From a virus (Duplodnaviria; Caudoviricetes): DNA of 64,000 nucleotides. Location of the stretch: positions 5,563 through 69,562 of IMG/VR virus record IMGVR_UViG_3300037471_000808; one strand, written 5' to 3'. This document shows, piece after piece, positions 1 to 8,883 of this stretch (positions within the stretch are counted from its first letter, which is position 1; each line of letters begins with the position of its first letter). Under the pieces are notes generated by a model, which saw only the letters and a program-made list of their open reading frames with translations, had not been told where the DNA came from and did no database searches. Both the position numbers and the translations under genes were made by a program.

Positions 1-86
1 ACTGGGATAGCGTCGGCGGCTTCGTCGGCGACGACAACGCCTACGAGTCGCTGAAGAACGACTACTTTCCGAAGGAGGAAGCATGA
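1..86 (+). CDS. 3' end of a gene truncated by the window edge
   Basis: Open frame WDSVGGFVGDDNAYESLKNDYFPKEEA* ending in an ATGA overlap with the gene at 83. Confidence 0.6.
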   Translation, partial: WDSVGGFVGDDNAYESLKNDYFPKEEA

Positions 87-331
87 CCCGTAAATTTTTC
101 AAGACGACTTACACCGTCGTCGTACTGTCCGAAGACACGCCGGCCACCAACCTGCCACTTGAGCAGCTCGCCTACGCCATCACTGATGGCGACTGTTCGG
201 GAAAGGTGTCGGACGACGGCGGCGTGCTCCTGACGGGACCACAAGCTGCTGCCGCGTTGATCGAGCAGTCCAGCGATCCCTCGTTCTTCCGGTTGACTGT
301 GGACGGCGAGGACATGGACGCGGAGGACTGA
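83..331 (+). CDS. hypothetical early protein (82 aa, acidic C-terminus)
   Basis: SD GGAGG and ATGA coupling to the upstream gene. Confidence 0.75.
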   Translation: MTRKFFKTTYTVVVLSEDTPATNLPLEQLAYAITDGDCSGKVSDDGGVLLTGPQAAAALIEQSSDPSFFRLTVDGEDMDAED

Positions 332-332
332 C

Positions 333-452
333 ATGGCAACCGAACACGAACACGAGACCGAGTACCCGGGCCTGTACGAAGATCTGCGCGACCTGCTGGA
401 ACGCTACGGCCACAACAACGTGGCCGAGGCTCTCGACAACTTGGAGGATTAA
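333..452 (+). CDS. small acidic protein (39 aa), not in the ORF track
   Basis: Translated by hand: MATEHEHETEYPGLYEDLRDLLERYGHNNVAEALDNLED*; SD GGAGG; fills the gap between neighbours. Confidence 0.6.
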   Translation: MATEHEHETEYPGLYEDLRDLLERYGHNNVAEALDNLED

Positions 453-455
453 ACC

Positions 456-932
456 ATGGGTGTGGACATTTATGCATACCGCCAGCTGACGCTGGCGCCT
501 AGCGTCGAGCCGTACAGCGAAGCCTACGAGGCCGGAAAGTACCGGGCGGTCTACGTCAACCCGGACTTCCCGGCCCGCGCGGCCGACCTGCAGGATGGTG
601 CCGTCTACTCGTACGCCGAGTGCGAGGACTTCCTGTCCCGCAGCTACGGCAACTACAACGCCTGGCGCGACGAACTTGCCCAGATGGCCGGGTACGCCAG
701 CGCGAGCGACGCCTGGAGCAACCACAGCAGCGGGCCGTTCTGGGAGCTGATCAACTTCTCCGACTGCGAGGGCGTGATCGGGCCGGCGGTCAGCGCGAAG
801 CTCGCACGTGACTTTGCCGAGTGGGACGAGAAGGCGGCACAGTTTGGCGAGGACTTCTACCACTACGGCTACCGCCAGCTGCGCGCCGCGTTCGAGATGG
901 CCGCGGACGGCGGCATGGTGCGGTTTGGCTGA
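456..932 (+). CDS. conserved-looking phage hypothetical protein (158 aa)
   Basis: SD GGAGG; motifs SYGNYNAWRDELA and FWELINFSDCEG typical of a phage family of unknown function. Confidence 0.85.
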   Translation: MGVDIYAYRQLTLAPSVEPYSEAYEAGKYRAVYVNPDFPARAADLQDGAVYSYAECEDFLSRSYGNYNAWRDELAQMAGYASASDAWSNHSSGPFWELINFSDCEGVIGPAVSAKLARDFAEWDEKAAQFGEDFYHYGYRQLRAAFEMAADGGMVRFG

Positions 933-942
933 GAGGACTGAC

Positions 943-1134
943 ATGACCTACGTCCGCAAGACCCGCGACGAGTACGACATCGAGCAGCACTGGGACCAGG
1001 GCTGGGAGACCGTCTGCAGCGAAAACACGCGCCGCGAGGCGCGCGAACGCCTCAAGGAGTACCGCGAGAACCAGCCCGAGGCTCCGGTGCGCATCGTGAA
1101 GCGCCGGGTGAAGATCAACCAACAAGGAGCATGA
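943..1134 (+). CDS. hypothetical protein (63 aa)
   Basis: Start moved from 808 to ATG 943 behind SD GAGG. Confidence 0.75.
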   Translation: MTYVRKTRDEYDIEQHWDQGWETVCSENTRREARERLKEYRENQPEAPVRIVKRRVKINQQGA

Positions 1135-1135
1135 C

Positions 1136-1393
1136 ATGCAAATACGCACACCAGTGCGCGCCGTGCCGCGCGCAGAACTCGAGGTCAGCGGCCAGCGCGT
1201 GATCGAGAACGCCGCTGGCGAGATCGCCTACGTCGGCTTCGACGAGGATGCCGAGGACATCGCCGCGACGGTGAACCAGCACGCCAAACTGCTTGCCCTG
1301 CGCGACGCAGTCGGCGAATTTCTCAAGCTCGGTGCCATTCATCAGGAGAATTACGACGCGCTGCGCGCGGCCTTCGACAAGGTGAAGCCATGA
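1136..1393 (+). CDS. hypothetical protein
   Basis: SD AGGAG; operon packing. Confidence 0.75.
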   Translation: MQIRTPVRAVPRAELEVSGQRVIENAAGEIAYVGFDEDAEDIAATVNQHAKLLALRDAVGEFLKLGAIHQENYDALRAAFDKVKP

Positions 1394-1653
1394 ACGATCC
1401 GATCTGGGCACTCAAGTCTGAAGGACACGTCTGCGTCAAGGTCCCGTACAAGGGCTACGAGGTCAGCATCGCGATGGACGACAGCTGCGGCGCGTTCGAC
1501 TACTACGGGCGTGGCAACATCGCCGTGTTCCACGGCGGCGACAACGTGACCGTCACGATGTTCGGTGCCCTTCCCGAGCGCGGCACACTGCCGGCCGACG
1601 CCGAGACCCTGAAGGCGCTGTTCCACAAAATCGACCTGCTGGAGAAGCCATGA
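1390..1653 (+). CDS. hypothetical protein
   Basis: ATGA overlaps at both ends. Confidence 0.75.
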   Translation: MNDPIWALKSEGHVCVKVPYKGYEVSIAMDDSCGAFDYYGRGNIAVFHGGDNVTVTMFGALPERGTLPADAETLKALFHKIDLLEKP

Positions 1654-1970
1654 CCGACCCGCTGGCCAAGTTCTTCCGGCCGGACGGCAGCCCGATTGGC
1701 ATCACCTTCGTCCCGGCGCGCACCAACCGGGTCCAGGTGATCAAGGTCGGCGGTGCCGCGAACACTATGCTCAGCCTTTCCGGCACGGCAGAGGACTTCC
1801 ACACGCAGTACGCCCGCGCCGTCGACCGCCGGCTGGAAGAGCTTGGGCGCTTCGATGACGACGAGCTGCGCCAGCGCCTGCTCGCTGCCAAAGACAACTT
1901 CCTGCGGCGCTACTGCCTAGCGGTCAAGCCAGTGACGGTGTACCGCATTGTTCAAGAGGAGCAAGCATGA
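1650..1970 (+). CDS. hypothetical protein
   Basis: ATGA overlaps, SD GGAG. Confidence 0.75.
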   Translation: MTDPLAKFFRPDGSPIGITFVPARTNRVQVIKVGGAANTMLSLSGTAEDFHTQYARAVDRRLEELGRFDDDELRQRLLAAKDNFLRRYCLAVKPVTVYRIVQEEQA

Positions 1971-2296
1971 CTTTCATCGTTACCGCAGCCGCCCAGCGCC
2001 CGGCGCGCATGGACGGGACCTGCTTTTACTGCGGCCAGCCGATCGGCGCGGCGCACAAGGACGACTGCGTGCTGATCAAGAAGCGCGTCAGGGTGCGTGC
2101 CGTGATCGAGTATGAGATTGACGTGCCGGCGCACTGGACGCCGGAGCAGGTCGAATGGCACCGCAACGAGGGCACCTGGTGCGCCGACAACCTGATCACC
2201 GAACTGGGTGCGCTGGCAGAAAAGACGTTCTGCCTGTGTGGCCAAGTCACGTACACCCATGTCGCTGACACCAGCGGCCCTACTCTGGAGGAGTAA
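1967..2296 (+). CDS. Cys/His-rich hypothetical protein, possible zinc binder
   Basis: CFYC...HKDDC and CADN...CLC motifs; ATGA overlap. Confidence 0.75.
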   Translation: MTFIVTAAAQRPARMDGTCFYCGQPIGAAHKDDCVLIKKRVRVRAVIEYEIDVPAHWTPEQVEWHRNEGTWCADNLITELGALAEKTFCLCGQVTYTHVADTSGPTLEE

Positions 2297-2299
2297 CGC

Positions 2300-2635
2300 A
2301 TGAAAGACCCCTACGACCCCTACGTCATCACCCTCAACGACGGCAAGTACACCGTCACCCATACCTGGGGCCAGCCGCTGCAGTTCCAGCGCCACGGCGA
2401 ACCTTGGCCCGGCGCCGATGATCTGCGCTATGCGAACGTCGTCGTCGCGATGGCCGAGCGCATCAAGGAGCTTGAGATCGCGATCCGCGAGGTGCTGGAC
2501 GGCACGTTGGATGAGCGCGGTAAGCGGAATCTCGACGGCCTGACGTTTGGCAGCGTCTTCGCAATGTCCGCCCAGGGCCAGAACATGCGCGACTGGGAAA
2601 CCAAGCTGCGCAACGTCCTGGAGCAAAAGTCATGA
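2300..2635 (+). CDS. hypothetical protein
   Basis: SD GGAGGAG. Confidence 0.75.
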   Translation: MKDPYDPYVITLNDGKYTVTHTWGQPLQFQRHGEPWPGADDLRYANVVVAMAERIKELEIAIREVLDGTLDERGKRNLDGLTFGSVFAMSAQGQNMRDWETKLRNVLEQKS

Positions 2636-2883
2636 ACCGACCAAACGAGCGGATGCTCGCACAGCTGAAGAAGGCGGTGCTGGCGCAGTGCGCCCTGCAC
2701 GAGGCACTGGATGACCTTGCCCATCTGCTGGCGCGCGCCTCGCTGAACGAAGAGATGGCCGAAGCTCTGGAAGAGGAAGTGGCCAGCCTGGCGCTGCGCA
2801 TGGACGACCACTTCCAGGTGGTCGAGCCGGACATGCTCGATCTCGAGAGCCTGGTACAACTGTTGGGGAGGTTCGCACCGTGA
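2632..2883 (+). CDS. hypothetical helical protein
   Basis: ATGA overlap. Confidence 0.7.
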   Translation: MNRPNERMLAQLKKAVLAQCALHEALDDLAHLLARASLNEEMAEALEEEVASLALRMDDHFQVVEPDMLDLESLVQLLGRFAP

Positions 2884-3206
2884 CCCAAATCATCAAAGAA
2901 GGCGAGGTGCTGACCGTGTTCGAGGTCAGCGTCAAAGCCCACAAGCCCACCATCAGCCGGGTGACCGGCACGGTCGGACTGGTCAACGAGCACCGCTGCG
3001 AGGTGCACCTGCCACGCCGCCAGCTGTTTGTCAGCCTGTCGCCCAGCCGCCCGGTGCACCATTACGCCAATGCGTTCCTCACGTTCGCCGAGGCACGCCG
3101 CGAGGCGATCCGCTTGCTGCACTGCGACGAACACAATCTGCGCGAAGACTTGAAGACGGTGCACGAATCGCTTGAAGCCCTTGTCACGATGAAGGAGCCG
3201 GCATGA
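2880..3206 (+). CDS. hypothetical protein
   Basis: GTGA overlap, SD GGAGG. Confidence 0.7.
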   Translation: MTQIIKEGEVLTVFEVSVKAHKPTISRVTGTVGLVNEHRCEVHLPRRQLFVSLSPSRPVHHYANAFLTFAEARREAIRLLHCDEHNLREDLKTVHESLEALVTMKEPA

Positions 3207-3514
3207 AAATCCACACCGCTACCTGCTTTAACATGTACACCGACTGGAAGGGCGGAGGGCTAGGCGACATCGCCCACGTACGGCTGGAAGGCATGACCCT
3301 GGTCGACAACGAGGACCTTGCCCGCCTGCGCCAGATCGCTGCCAGCACGGAAGCCGAGCCGATCCCGGCGCACATCGTCGAGGTGCTGGGCCTTTGCCTG
3401 AAGGCGCTGTCCGGGCCGCGCGGCGCCAAGCCGAAGACCCGGAAGGGCCTGGACGCCTGGAACGCGGTCCGCGACCTGCTGGCCGCGGCGCTGGCGGTAA
3501 GGGAGGAAGCATGA
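3203..3514 (+). CDS. hypothetical protein
   Basis: ATGA overlap, SD AAGGAG. Confidence 0.7.
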   Translation: MKIHTATCFNMYTDWKGGGLGDIAHVRLEGMTLVDNEDLARLRQIAASTEAEPIPAHIVEVLGLCLKALSGPRGAKPKTRKGLDAWNAVRDLLAAALAVREEA

Positions 3515-4128
3515 CCGTCCTCCACATGCGCCGCGCCGGGTTCCTGGCCCGCAAGGAGGCGTTCGAAGCCTGGCTGACCGCAGTCGGTGCCGAGGTGCTG
3601 TCGCCGACCAACGAGTGGGAGCTGTGCCGCTTCCGCTGCGGCAGTGGCACCTCGGTCGTCTACACCAACAAGCGCCACGAGCTCAAGTTCACCGGCCAGT
3701 CGGGCACCGCATTCCAGAGCTTCCTTGGCGCCAAGCGCTGGCGCGCCGCGCCGCGCACTGAGCGGAGGTCCAAGCCCAACCCGACCTGCAAGACCTTGCG
3801 CGAGCGCGACGGCGACGCCTGCTTCTACTGCCACCTGCCGGTGGCAGTCGAGGACGAGTCGGTCGAGCACCTGGTCTCGCTCACCCACAACGGGCCGGAC
3901 CACATCGCCAACATGGCACTGGCGCACCGTGACTGCAACCGCGAGGCCGGCCACCTGGCGCTGATGGAGAAGATCCGCTTTCGCGAGACCTGCTGGCGGC
4001 GCCTGCACACGCCCGGCACTGTGGCGAACCTTGCGCTGGTTGAAGATGAGACGATCGACGACCTATTTGACCGCAGCAGCTGGCCGCCGGCCGACGAAAC
4101 CACGCCTTTACCCTGGGAGGACATGTGA
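3511..4128 (+). CDS. HNH endonuclease-family protein
   Basis: RDGDACFYC...SVEHLVSLTHNG...NMALAHRDCN; start set at ATG 3511 (SD GGAGG, ATGA overlap). Confidence 0.85.
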   Translation: MTVLHMRRAGFLARKEAFEAWLTAVGAEVLSPTNEWELCRFRCGSGTSVVYTNKRHELKFTGQSGTAFQSFLGAKRWRAAPRTERRSKPNPTCKTLRERDGDACFYCHLPVAVEDESVEHLVSLTHNGPDHIANMALAHRDCNREAGHLALMEKIRFRETCWRRLHTPGTVANLALVEDETIDDLFDRSSWPPADETTPLPWEDM

Positions 4129-4334
4129 ACGCATCCGAGAAACGAAAATTCATCCGCGACCTGACCGCCGCCGTACGCGACGACCTGCTCAAGAAGGTTA
4201 AGAACATGCCGCAGGAGTGGGACGGCATCGAGCTGCGCCAACGGCTGGCCGACAAGTTCGCCAACGAAGTGTTTGAGATGACTGCGAAGCGCAAGCGCGC
4301 TTATCGCAGCGAAGTGGCCACCAAGGACCTGTGA
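4125..4334 (+). CDS. hypothetical protein
   Basis: GTGA overlap, SD GGAGG. Confidence 0.7.
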   Translation: MNASEKRKFIRDLTAAVRDDLLKKVKNMPQEWDGIELRQRLADKFANEVFEMTAKRKRAYRSEVATKDL

Positions 4335-4335
4335 C

Positions 4336-4542
4336 ATGAAAATCATCGACGCTGAAACCAAAATCCAACCGGACGGCCGGCGCCTCCTGGTCGTCGAGCT
4401 CGAAGAAGACGAAGACCTGTGCGCCATCGTCGGCGACGGCTTTTACCGACTTGGCCACGGTGCCATTGTGCCTGGCCACATGATCACCGCCCGCAAGCAG
4501 GTGTTCTGGCATCCCATCAACCAGTGCTGGGAGGAGGTATGA
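4336..4542 (+). CDS. hypothetical protein
   Basis: Operon packing. Confidence 0.7.
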   Translation: MKIIDAETKIQPDGRRLLVVELEEDEDLCAIVGDGFYRLGHGAIVPGHMITARKQVFWHPINQCWEEV

Positions 4543-4919
4543 GCACACGATGGGAAGTGACCGTCGAGATGGAGGACGGGACCAAGGCCACCATGACGAC
4601 TGGCCCGCACAGCCAGTCCGACTTCTGCGAGAGCGTGGCCCGGCGCCACGCCAAGGAATATGCCGAGCAGTGGGGCCGGCGCGCCTGGGCACATCCGAAG
4701 GGCGCGTGGCTGGTGCACTGCCGGCCGATGCGTATCGAGGTGCCGGCACCGCGCAATGGCCGACCCGGCTACCGCTGGGCGCAGGGCTATGTGGTGACCG
4801 ACCCGACCAACGGCAACGAGATATACCCGCCGGCACGGCGTCACGAGGTGTATGACCTTGCCCGCGAGCGATTCGGCGACGACTGCAAGATCATTTTTGA
4901 AGGGGAGAAGGACGTATGA
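4539..4919 (+). CDS. hypothetical protein
   Basis: ATG 4539 with SD GGAGG and ATGA overlap. Confidence 0.7.
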   Translation: MSTRWEVTVEMEDGTKATMTTGPHSQSDFCESVARRHAKEYAEQWGRRAWAHPKGAWLVHCRPMRIEVPAPRNGRPGYRWAQGYVVTDPTNGNEIYPPARRHEVYDLARERFGDDCKIIFEGEKDV

Positions 4920-5326
4920 ACCTCAAAGACATCGACGACTTCACCCGCCACTACCTGATCGCCGCGCTGTGGTCGAGCAGCGATGGCGAGATCGAGAGCC
5001 TGCTCGACGAGTACAGCCTGGACGACCTTGCACCCGAGGCGGTGGCCAAGGCATACAGCGACTGCCAAGAATTCCAGTCGTACAACGAGCGCTTACTCGT
5101 CCAGGCCTACCAGTTCTACCGCGACTCCGGCATGGCCGCCCACCCCGACGCCGGCAGCCCGGAGGCCTGCGCCGGCCACGACTTCTGGTTCACACGCGCA
5201 CATCACGGCGTGGGCTTCTGGGACCGCGGCATGGGCGACCTGGGCCGCCAGCTGACCGAGCAGGCCCAGCGATTTTACGAGGTCGACCTGTACGTCGGCG
5301 ACGACGGCAAACTCTACTTTTCCTGA
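4916..5326 (+). CDS. acidic phage protein with a GHDFWxTRxxHGxGFWDR motif
   Basis: Motif AGHDFWFTRAHHGVGFWDRG, recalled as a recurrent phage family of unknown function. Confidence 0.85.
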   Translation: MNLKDIDDFTRHYLIAALWSSSDGEIESLLDEYSLDDLAPEAVAKAYSDCQEFQSYNERLLVQAYQFYRDSGMAAHPDAGSPEACAGHDFWFTRAHHGVGFWDRGMGDLGRQLTEQAQRFYEVDLYVGDDGKLYFS

Positions 5327-5338
5327 AAGGACTTCCCT

Positions 5339-5908
5339 ATGCCCTACACCACCGAATGGACCCCGCCCGAGCTGTTCATGACGCACAACGGCGTCAACGT
5401 CTTCCACGCCTACAAGGACGACGATATGGATGCCGGCCGGCTCACCTACTGGTACACCCTCGACGCCAGCGAGGACGGCCATGCGTTCGACGTGCGCGAT
5501 CTGGCCGTGCCGGCACGCGCCACGCTGGACCAGCACCCGCCCTTTCAGCAAGGCGAGCACAACACGTCTGAGAACCGGGCGGCGTGGGAGGCCTGGCACC
5601 GCGAAGGCGAGCCGGGGAGGATCAAGCAGATCCTGCGCGAGGCGCTCGACACCAGCCTGCTCGTGGCTGACCCGGAAGCCAACGCCGACCCGAACGCGCC
5701 GACCAGCTACTGCCAGGTGCTGGTCGAGGTGCGCCGCACAGACGGCAAGGCACTTGATCCGGGCGAGGCGCTGGCGATGGTCAACGAGATGGTCAGCGAG
5801 GGAGAGCGGCAGGCCCGCAGGAATCTGAGCGACGGCGGCGTCGGCGGCCAGGACTATCTGGTCACCATTTGCGAATTCTCGGTGACGCTGCCATGCGACC
5901 CGTCCTGA
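5339..5908 (+). CDS. hypothetical protein (189 aa)
   Basis: SD AAGGA; coding-type codon usage. Confidence 0.75.
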   Translation: MPYTTEWTPPELFMTHNGVNVFHAYKDDDMDAGRLTYWYTLDASEDGHAFDVRDLAVPARATLDQHPPFQQGEHNTSENRAAWEAWHREGEPGRIKQILREALDTSLLVADPEANADPNAPTSYCQVLVEVRRTDGKALDPGEALAMVNEMVSEGERQARRNLSDGGVGGQDYLVTICEFSVTLPCDPS

Positions 5909-6150
5909 AGACCGGCACCGAAGCCTACCTGGACGTCGAAGGCCTTGGCCTGGTGCCGTGCGTCGTGACCAGCGTCACGGCCAACTGCATCCGTGCCAAG
6001 GTGACGATGGGTGCCGGCCCGTACCGGAAGAACTCACCCATCACCTGCCTGAACAGGGGCACCCATAGCGCGATCGTGCCGCGCGGTGCCGTCGTGCCCG
6101 AGCGAATCGGCGCGGCCGTGCTGCGCTTTGACGTGGAGATCGACCCATGA
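5893..6150 (+). CDS. hypothetical protein
   Basis: ATG 5893; ATGA overlap with the next gene. Confidence 0.6.
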   Translation: MRPVLKTGTEAYLDVEGLGLVPCVVTSVTANCIRAKVTMGAGPYRKNSPITCLNRGTHSAIVPRGAVVPERIGAAVLRFDVEIDP

Positions 6151-6329
6151 AGATCAAGGAACTGCACCACAGGCTGCGCCTACAGCTGTACCACGAGACC
6201 GGCGTGCGCCACCCGACCGTCTGGGACACGATGTCCGAGGAGGCCCGGTCCACCTACGTGGACCGGCGTATCAACGAAATGACCATCACCGAGCTACTGG
6301 AGCGCCTTGGACAACTGGAGGACGAATGA
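6147..6329 (+). CDS. hypothetical protein (60 aa)
   Basis: SD GGAG, ATGA overlap. Confidence 0.7.
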   Translation: MKIKELHHRLRLQLYHETGVRHPTVWDTMSEEARSTYVDRRINEMTITELLERLGQLEDE

Positions 6330-6388
6330 TCCTGCCGTATTGCATTTTGCCGCAAGTGGGCGACCAAAATTTTGAAAGGAAGGAAGCC

Positions 6389-6718
6389 ATGACCGAAATT
6401 AGTGACACCGCCGACATCATCGACGTGCGTGACGTCATCAAGCGCGTCGAGGAGCTGCGTAAGTTGATCGCCGCCTACGCAGAGAAGATGGACGACTGGC
6501 AGGCAAATGCCGACAACGTGGAAGAACTGGAGCGCCTTGAAGACCTGCTTGATGAGCTGCGGGGCAGCGTCGGCGATTATCAGTGGCGCGGGGGCTGGTA
6601 CCCGGTCACGTTGATCCGCGACGACTACTTCGAGACCTACGCCCGGGAGTTCGCCGAGGCGCTGCAGCAGGACTACATGATGGTCGACTTCGGCAAATCG
6701 ACCTACTGGTACCGTTAA
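6389..6718 (+). CDS. acidic protein, possibly anti-restriction (remotely ArdA-like)
   Basis: SD AGGAAGGA; about 24% Asp+Glu; IIDVRDVI...TLIRDDYFETYARE...DYMMVDF...TYWYR; alternative start at 6326. Confidence 0.7.
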   Translation: MTEISDTADIIDVRDVIKRVEELRKLIAAYAEKMDDWQANADNVEELERLEDLLDELRGSVGDYQWRGGWYPVTLIRDDYFETYAREFAEALQQDYMMVDFGKSTYWYR

Positions 6719-6730
6719 AGGAGAACCACC

Positions 6731-7321
6731 ATGACCATCACCATTCAAGACCTCGTCCAGCGCGAGGTGTATTACTGTGTCAGCGCCCTCGTGTCGGACC
6801 TGTGCAAGCTGTACGCAAACGTGCCGTACAGCGTGCAGAAGGAAACCGGCACCGACTACGACGAGCTGCTGAACCTGTGCCAGCGCGACGACTGGGAGAC
6901 GCCGGTCGACTGGTACATCGACCACAACATGAACCGCAGCGACCTGCTCGAGGCGCTCGAGGCGGCCGGCGTCGATGACCCGGGCGTGGACGTGCGCGCC
7001 GACCCCAATTCGCGCCACCGGGCCTGGGAGGACAGCACCGACAAGGAGCTGCGCGTCGCGCTGTTCGAGCACCTGGAGCAGGAGGACGAGTTCGAGGACT
7101 TCGCCCGCGAGCACAACATCGACCCCGAGATCATCGAGGTGTACGAGCATTGGCTGATAAGCGGTTGGCTTGCTTCTCGGCTGGAGGAGAAAGGTGAGGT
7201 AGTGGGCAGAGATATCTGCGGGCTTACGATTTGGGGGCGCTGCACCACTGGCCAGGCGATCAGCATGGACTGGGTGATCCAGCAGATCTACAAGGACCTG
7301 ACCGGGCAGGAGGCGGAATGA
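6731..7321 (+). CDS. acidic phage protein (196 aa)
   Basis: SD AAGGAG; about 22% Asp+Glu; C-terminal EVYEHWLIS...IWGRCTTGQAISMD motif. Confidence 0.85.
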   Translation: MTITIQDLVQREVYYCVSALVSDLCKLYANVPYSVQKETGTDYDELLNLCQRDDWETPVDWYIDHNMNRSDLLEALEAAGVDDPGVDVRADPNSRHRAWEDSTDKELRVALFEHLEQEDEFEDFAREHNIDPEIIEVYEHWLISGWLASRLEEKGEVVGRDICGLTIWGRCTTGQAISMDWVIQQIYKDLTGQEAE

Positions 7322-7539
7322 CCGAACCACTACACCGCTTCTCGGCACCCGCGCACTGCATGGACGAGGACTTCCTCAAGGAGCTGGAACGGCTTGGCTG
7401 CAAGGTGGTTGACGACCGCGACGCGCCCTGGAGCGTCACGTTCGAAGGCACCGCGGCCGCGCTGCGCCAGCTGTACGCCGAGAACTGGGGCGACGATGAT
7501 GGCGGCTGGCCTGGCTTTGACGACGAGGTGAAGCCGTGA
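7318..7539 (+). CDS. small acidic protein
   Basis: ATG 7318, SD GGAGG, ATGA overlap. Confidence 0.7.
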   Translation: MTEPLHRFSAPAHCMDEDFLKELERLGCKVVDDRDAPWSVTFEGTAAALRQLYAENWGDDDGGWPGFDDEVKP

Positions 7540-7838
7540 CCAGCCCCCTCCCCGACCGCGCGCTGTTCTGGCTGCTCGAACTGGGCATCGTGCTCACCGC
7601 CGGCAGCGCCTGCGCCGCCCTGCTGTGGCTGACCGCCGCCATGATCTGGCTGCTGGCCGCCACCAACGCCTGGGGTCTGGTGCTGTTCGCTGGCGCCCTG
7701 TTCAGCGCCGCCACCTGGCTCGAGCTGGCCCTGTGCCGCTGGTACCCGCACTGGCGCGCGCTGCTGGCGCTCGAAGTCGTCATCGCTTTCCTCTGGCTGC
7801 AATGGCTTGCCGATCAGCCGCTCAACTTCCTCCGATAA
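7536..7838 (+). CDS. membrane protein (about 3 TM segments)
   Basis: Long hydrophobic stretches; GTGA overlap. Confidence 0.75.
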   Translation: MTSPLPDRALFWLLELGIVLTAGSACAALLWLTAAMIWLLAATNAWGLVLFAGALFSAATWLELALCRWYPHWRALLALEVVIAFLWLQWLADQPLNFLR

Positions 7839-7848
7839 AAGGAACCAC

Positions 7849-8160
7849 ATGAAAATCCAACACATCCTCCTGTCCGACATGGACCACGTGCTCGTCGTCG
7901 ACGGCGTGCGCGGCAAGCTGGCGAAGTTCGGGGCCGTGGCGCACCACCCAGCCGGCGTGGTCGCCTTCCATCCGCGCTACCATAGCACCCCGCCCGAGCT
8001 CAAGGGCAAGGTGTTCGCCCTGACCGCCGACGTCGAGGTGGTCGAGGACCTCGACTGCACCGAGGCGAAGGCCGCCTGGGACCAGTACCTCGAGGTGGCC
8101 GACACCTGCACCGCGGTCAAGCTGGCGCGCTATGGCGCGGCGCCGGAGGAAGGCAAATGA
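7849..8160 (+). CDS. hypothetical protein
   Basis: ATG 7849, SD AAGGA. Confidence 0.7.
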   Translation: MKIQHILLSDMDHVLVVDGVRGKLAKFGAVAHHPAGVVAFHPRYHSTPPELKGKVFALTADVEVVEDLDCTEAKAAWDQYLEVADTCTAVKLARYGAAPEEGK

Positions 8161-8333
8161 CCGAACCGCACAGGTCCGACTACGCGTTCCTGCGCGGCCA
8201 GCTGGCCGAGATGCAGGCCAGCCCGGCCTACTCCATGCACAAGGGCGTGCTGGTGCGGGCCGAACAGACCATCGTCAAGCTGGAGCAGGAACTGAACGCG
8301 CTCAGGGCACAAATCGACAAGGAGAGCAAATGA
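8157..8333 (+). CDS. small coiled-coil protein (58 aa), not in the ORF track
   Basis: MTEPHRSDYAFLRGQLAEMQ...AQIDKESK*; ATGA overlaps at both ends. Confidence 0.65.
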   Translation: MTEPHRSDYAFLRGQLAEMQASPAYSMHKGVLVRAEQTIVKLEQELNALRAQIDKESK

Positions 8334-8599
8334 GCAAAACGATCTGGAAATTCCCGCTAGATCTGACCGACTTTCAGACAGTCGACATGCCGCGAGGTGC
8401 TACCGCACTGTCGGCCGGCCTTGATCCCGTGGGCCAGCTGTGCGTCTGGGCGCTGGTCGAGCCGGATCTGGGCATGCTGCCGGTGATGGTGCGCATCATC
8501 GGCACCGGCAACCCGGCCGATGGCCTAGAGCGCTGGCACTTCGTCGGCAGCGTCAAGCAAGGGTCTTTCGTCTGGCACGTGTTCGTGGAGGGCGTATGA
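8330..8599 (+). CDS. conserved small phage protein
   Basis: MSKTIWKFPL...LCVWALVE...IIGTG...YVGS/FVWHVF-type pattern; ATG 8330. Confidence 0.8.
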   Translation: MSKTIWKFPLDLTDFQTVDMPRGATALSAGLDPVGQLCVWALVEPDLGMLPVMVRIIGTGNPADGLERWHFVGSVKQGSFVWHVFVEGV

Positions 8600-8883
8600 G
8601 CCGCGAACAATTCGAGCAGGTGCTCAAGCTGGTGCCGAGCGACGACCGCGGCGTCTACTGGTTCGGCCTGCAGCGCTTCACCAACGGCAAGGTGATCACG
8701 ACGCGCAAAGGTACGGTCAAGGTGCCGCTCGAGCTACACCTTGCCGACCTGACCGACCGGCCGAACGCCGACCTGCGCGACGTGTTCATGCCGACGGCGG
8801 CCGACAACCCCAAGCTGGTGCCGCTGCTCGTGTTCGTCGACCCGGCGAAGTTTCTCGCCACTCTGCCCAAGGAACCTGAATGA
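8596..8883 (+). CDS. hypothetical protein
   Basis: ATG 8596, SD GGAGG. Confidence 0.7.
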   Translation: MSREQFEQVLKLVPSDDRGVYWFGLQRFTNGKVITTRKGTVKVPLELHLADLTDRPNADLRDVFMPTAADNPKLVPLLVFVDPAKFLATLPKEPE

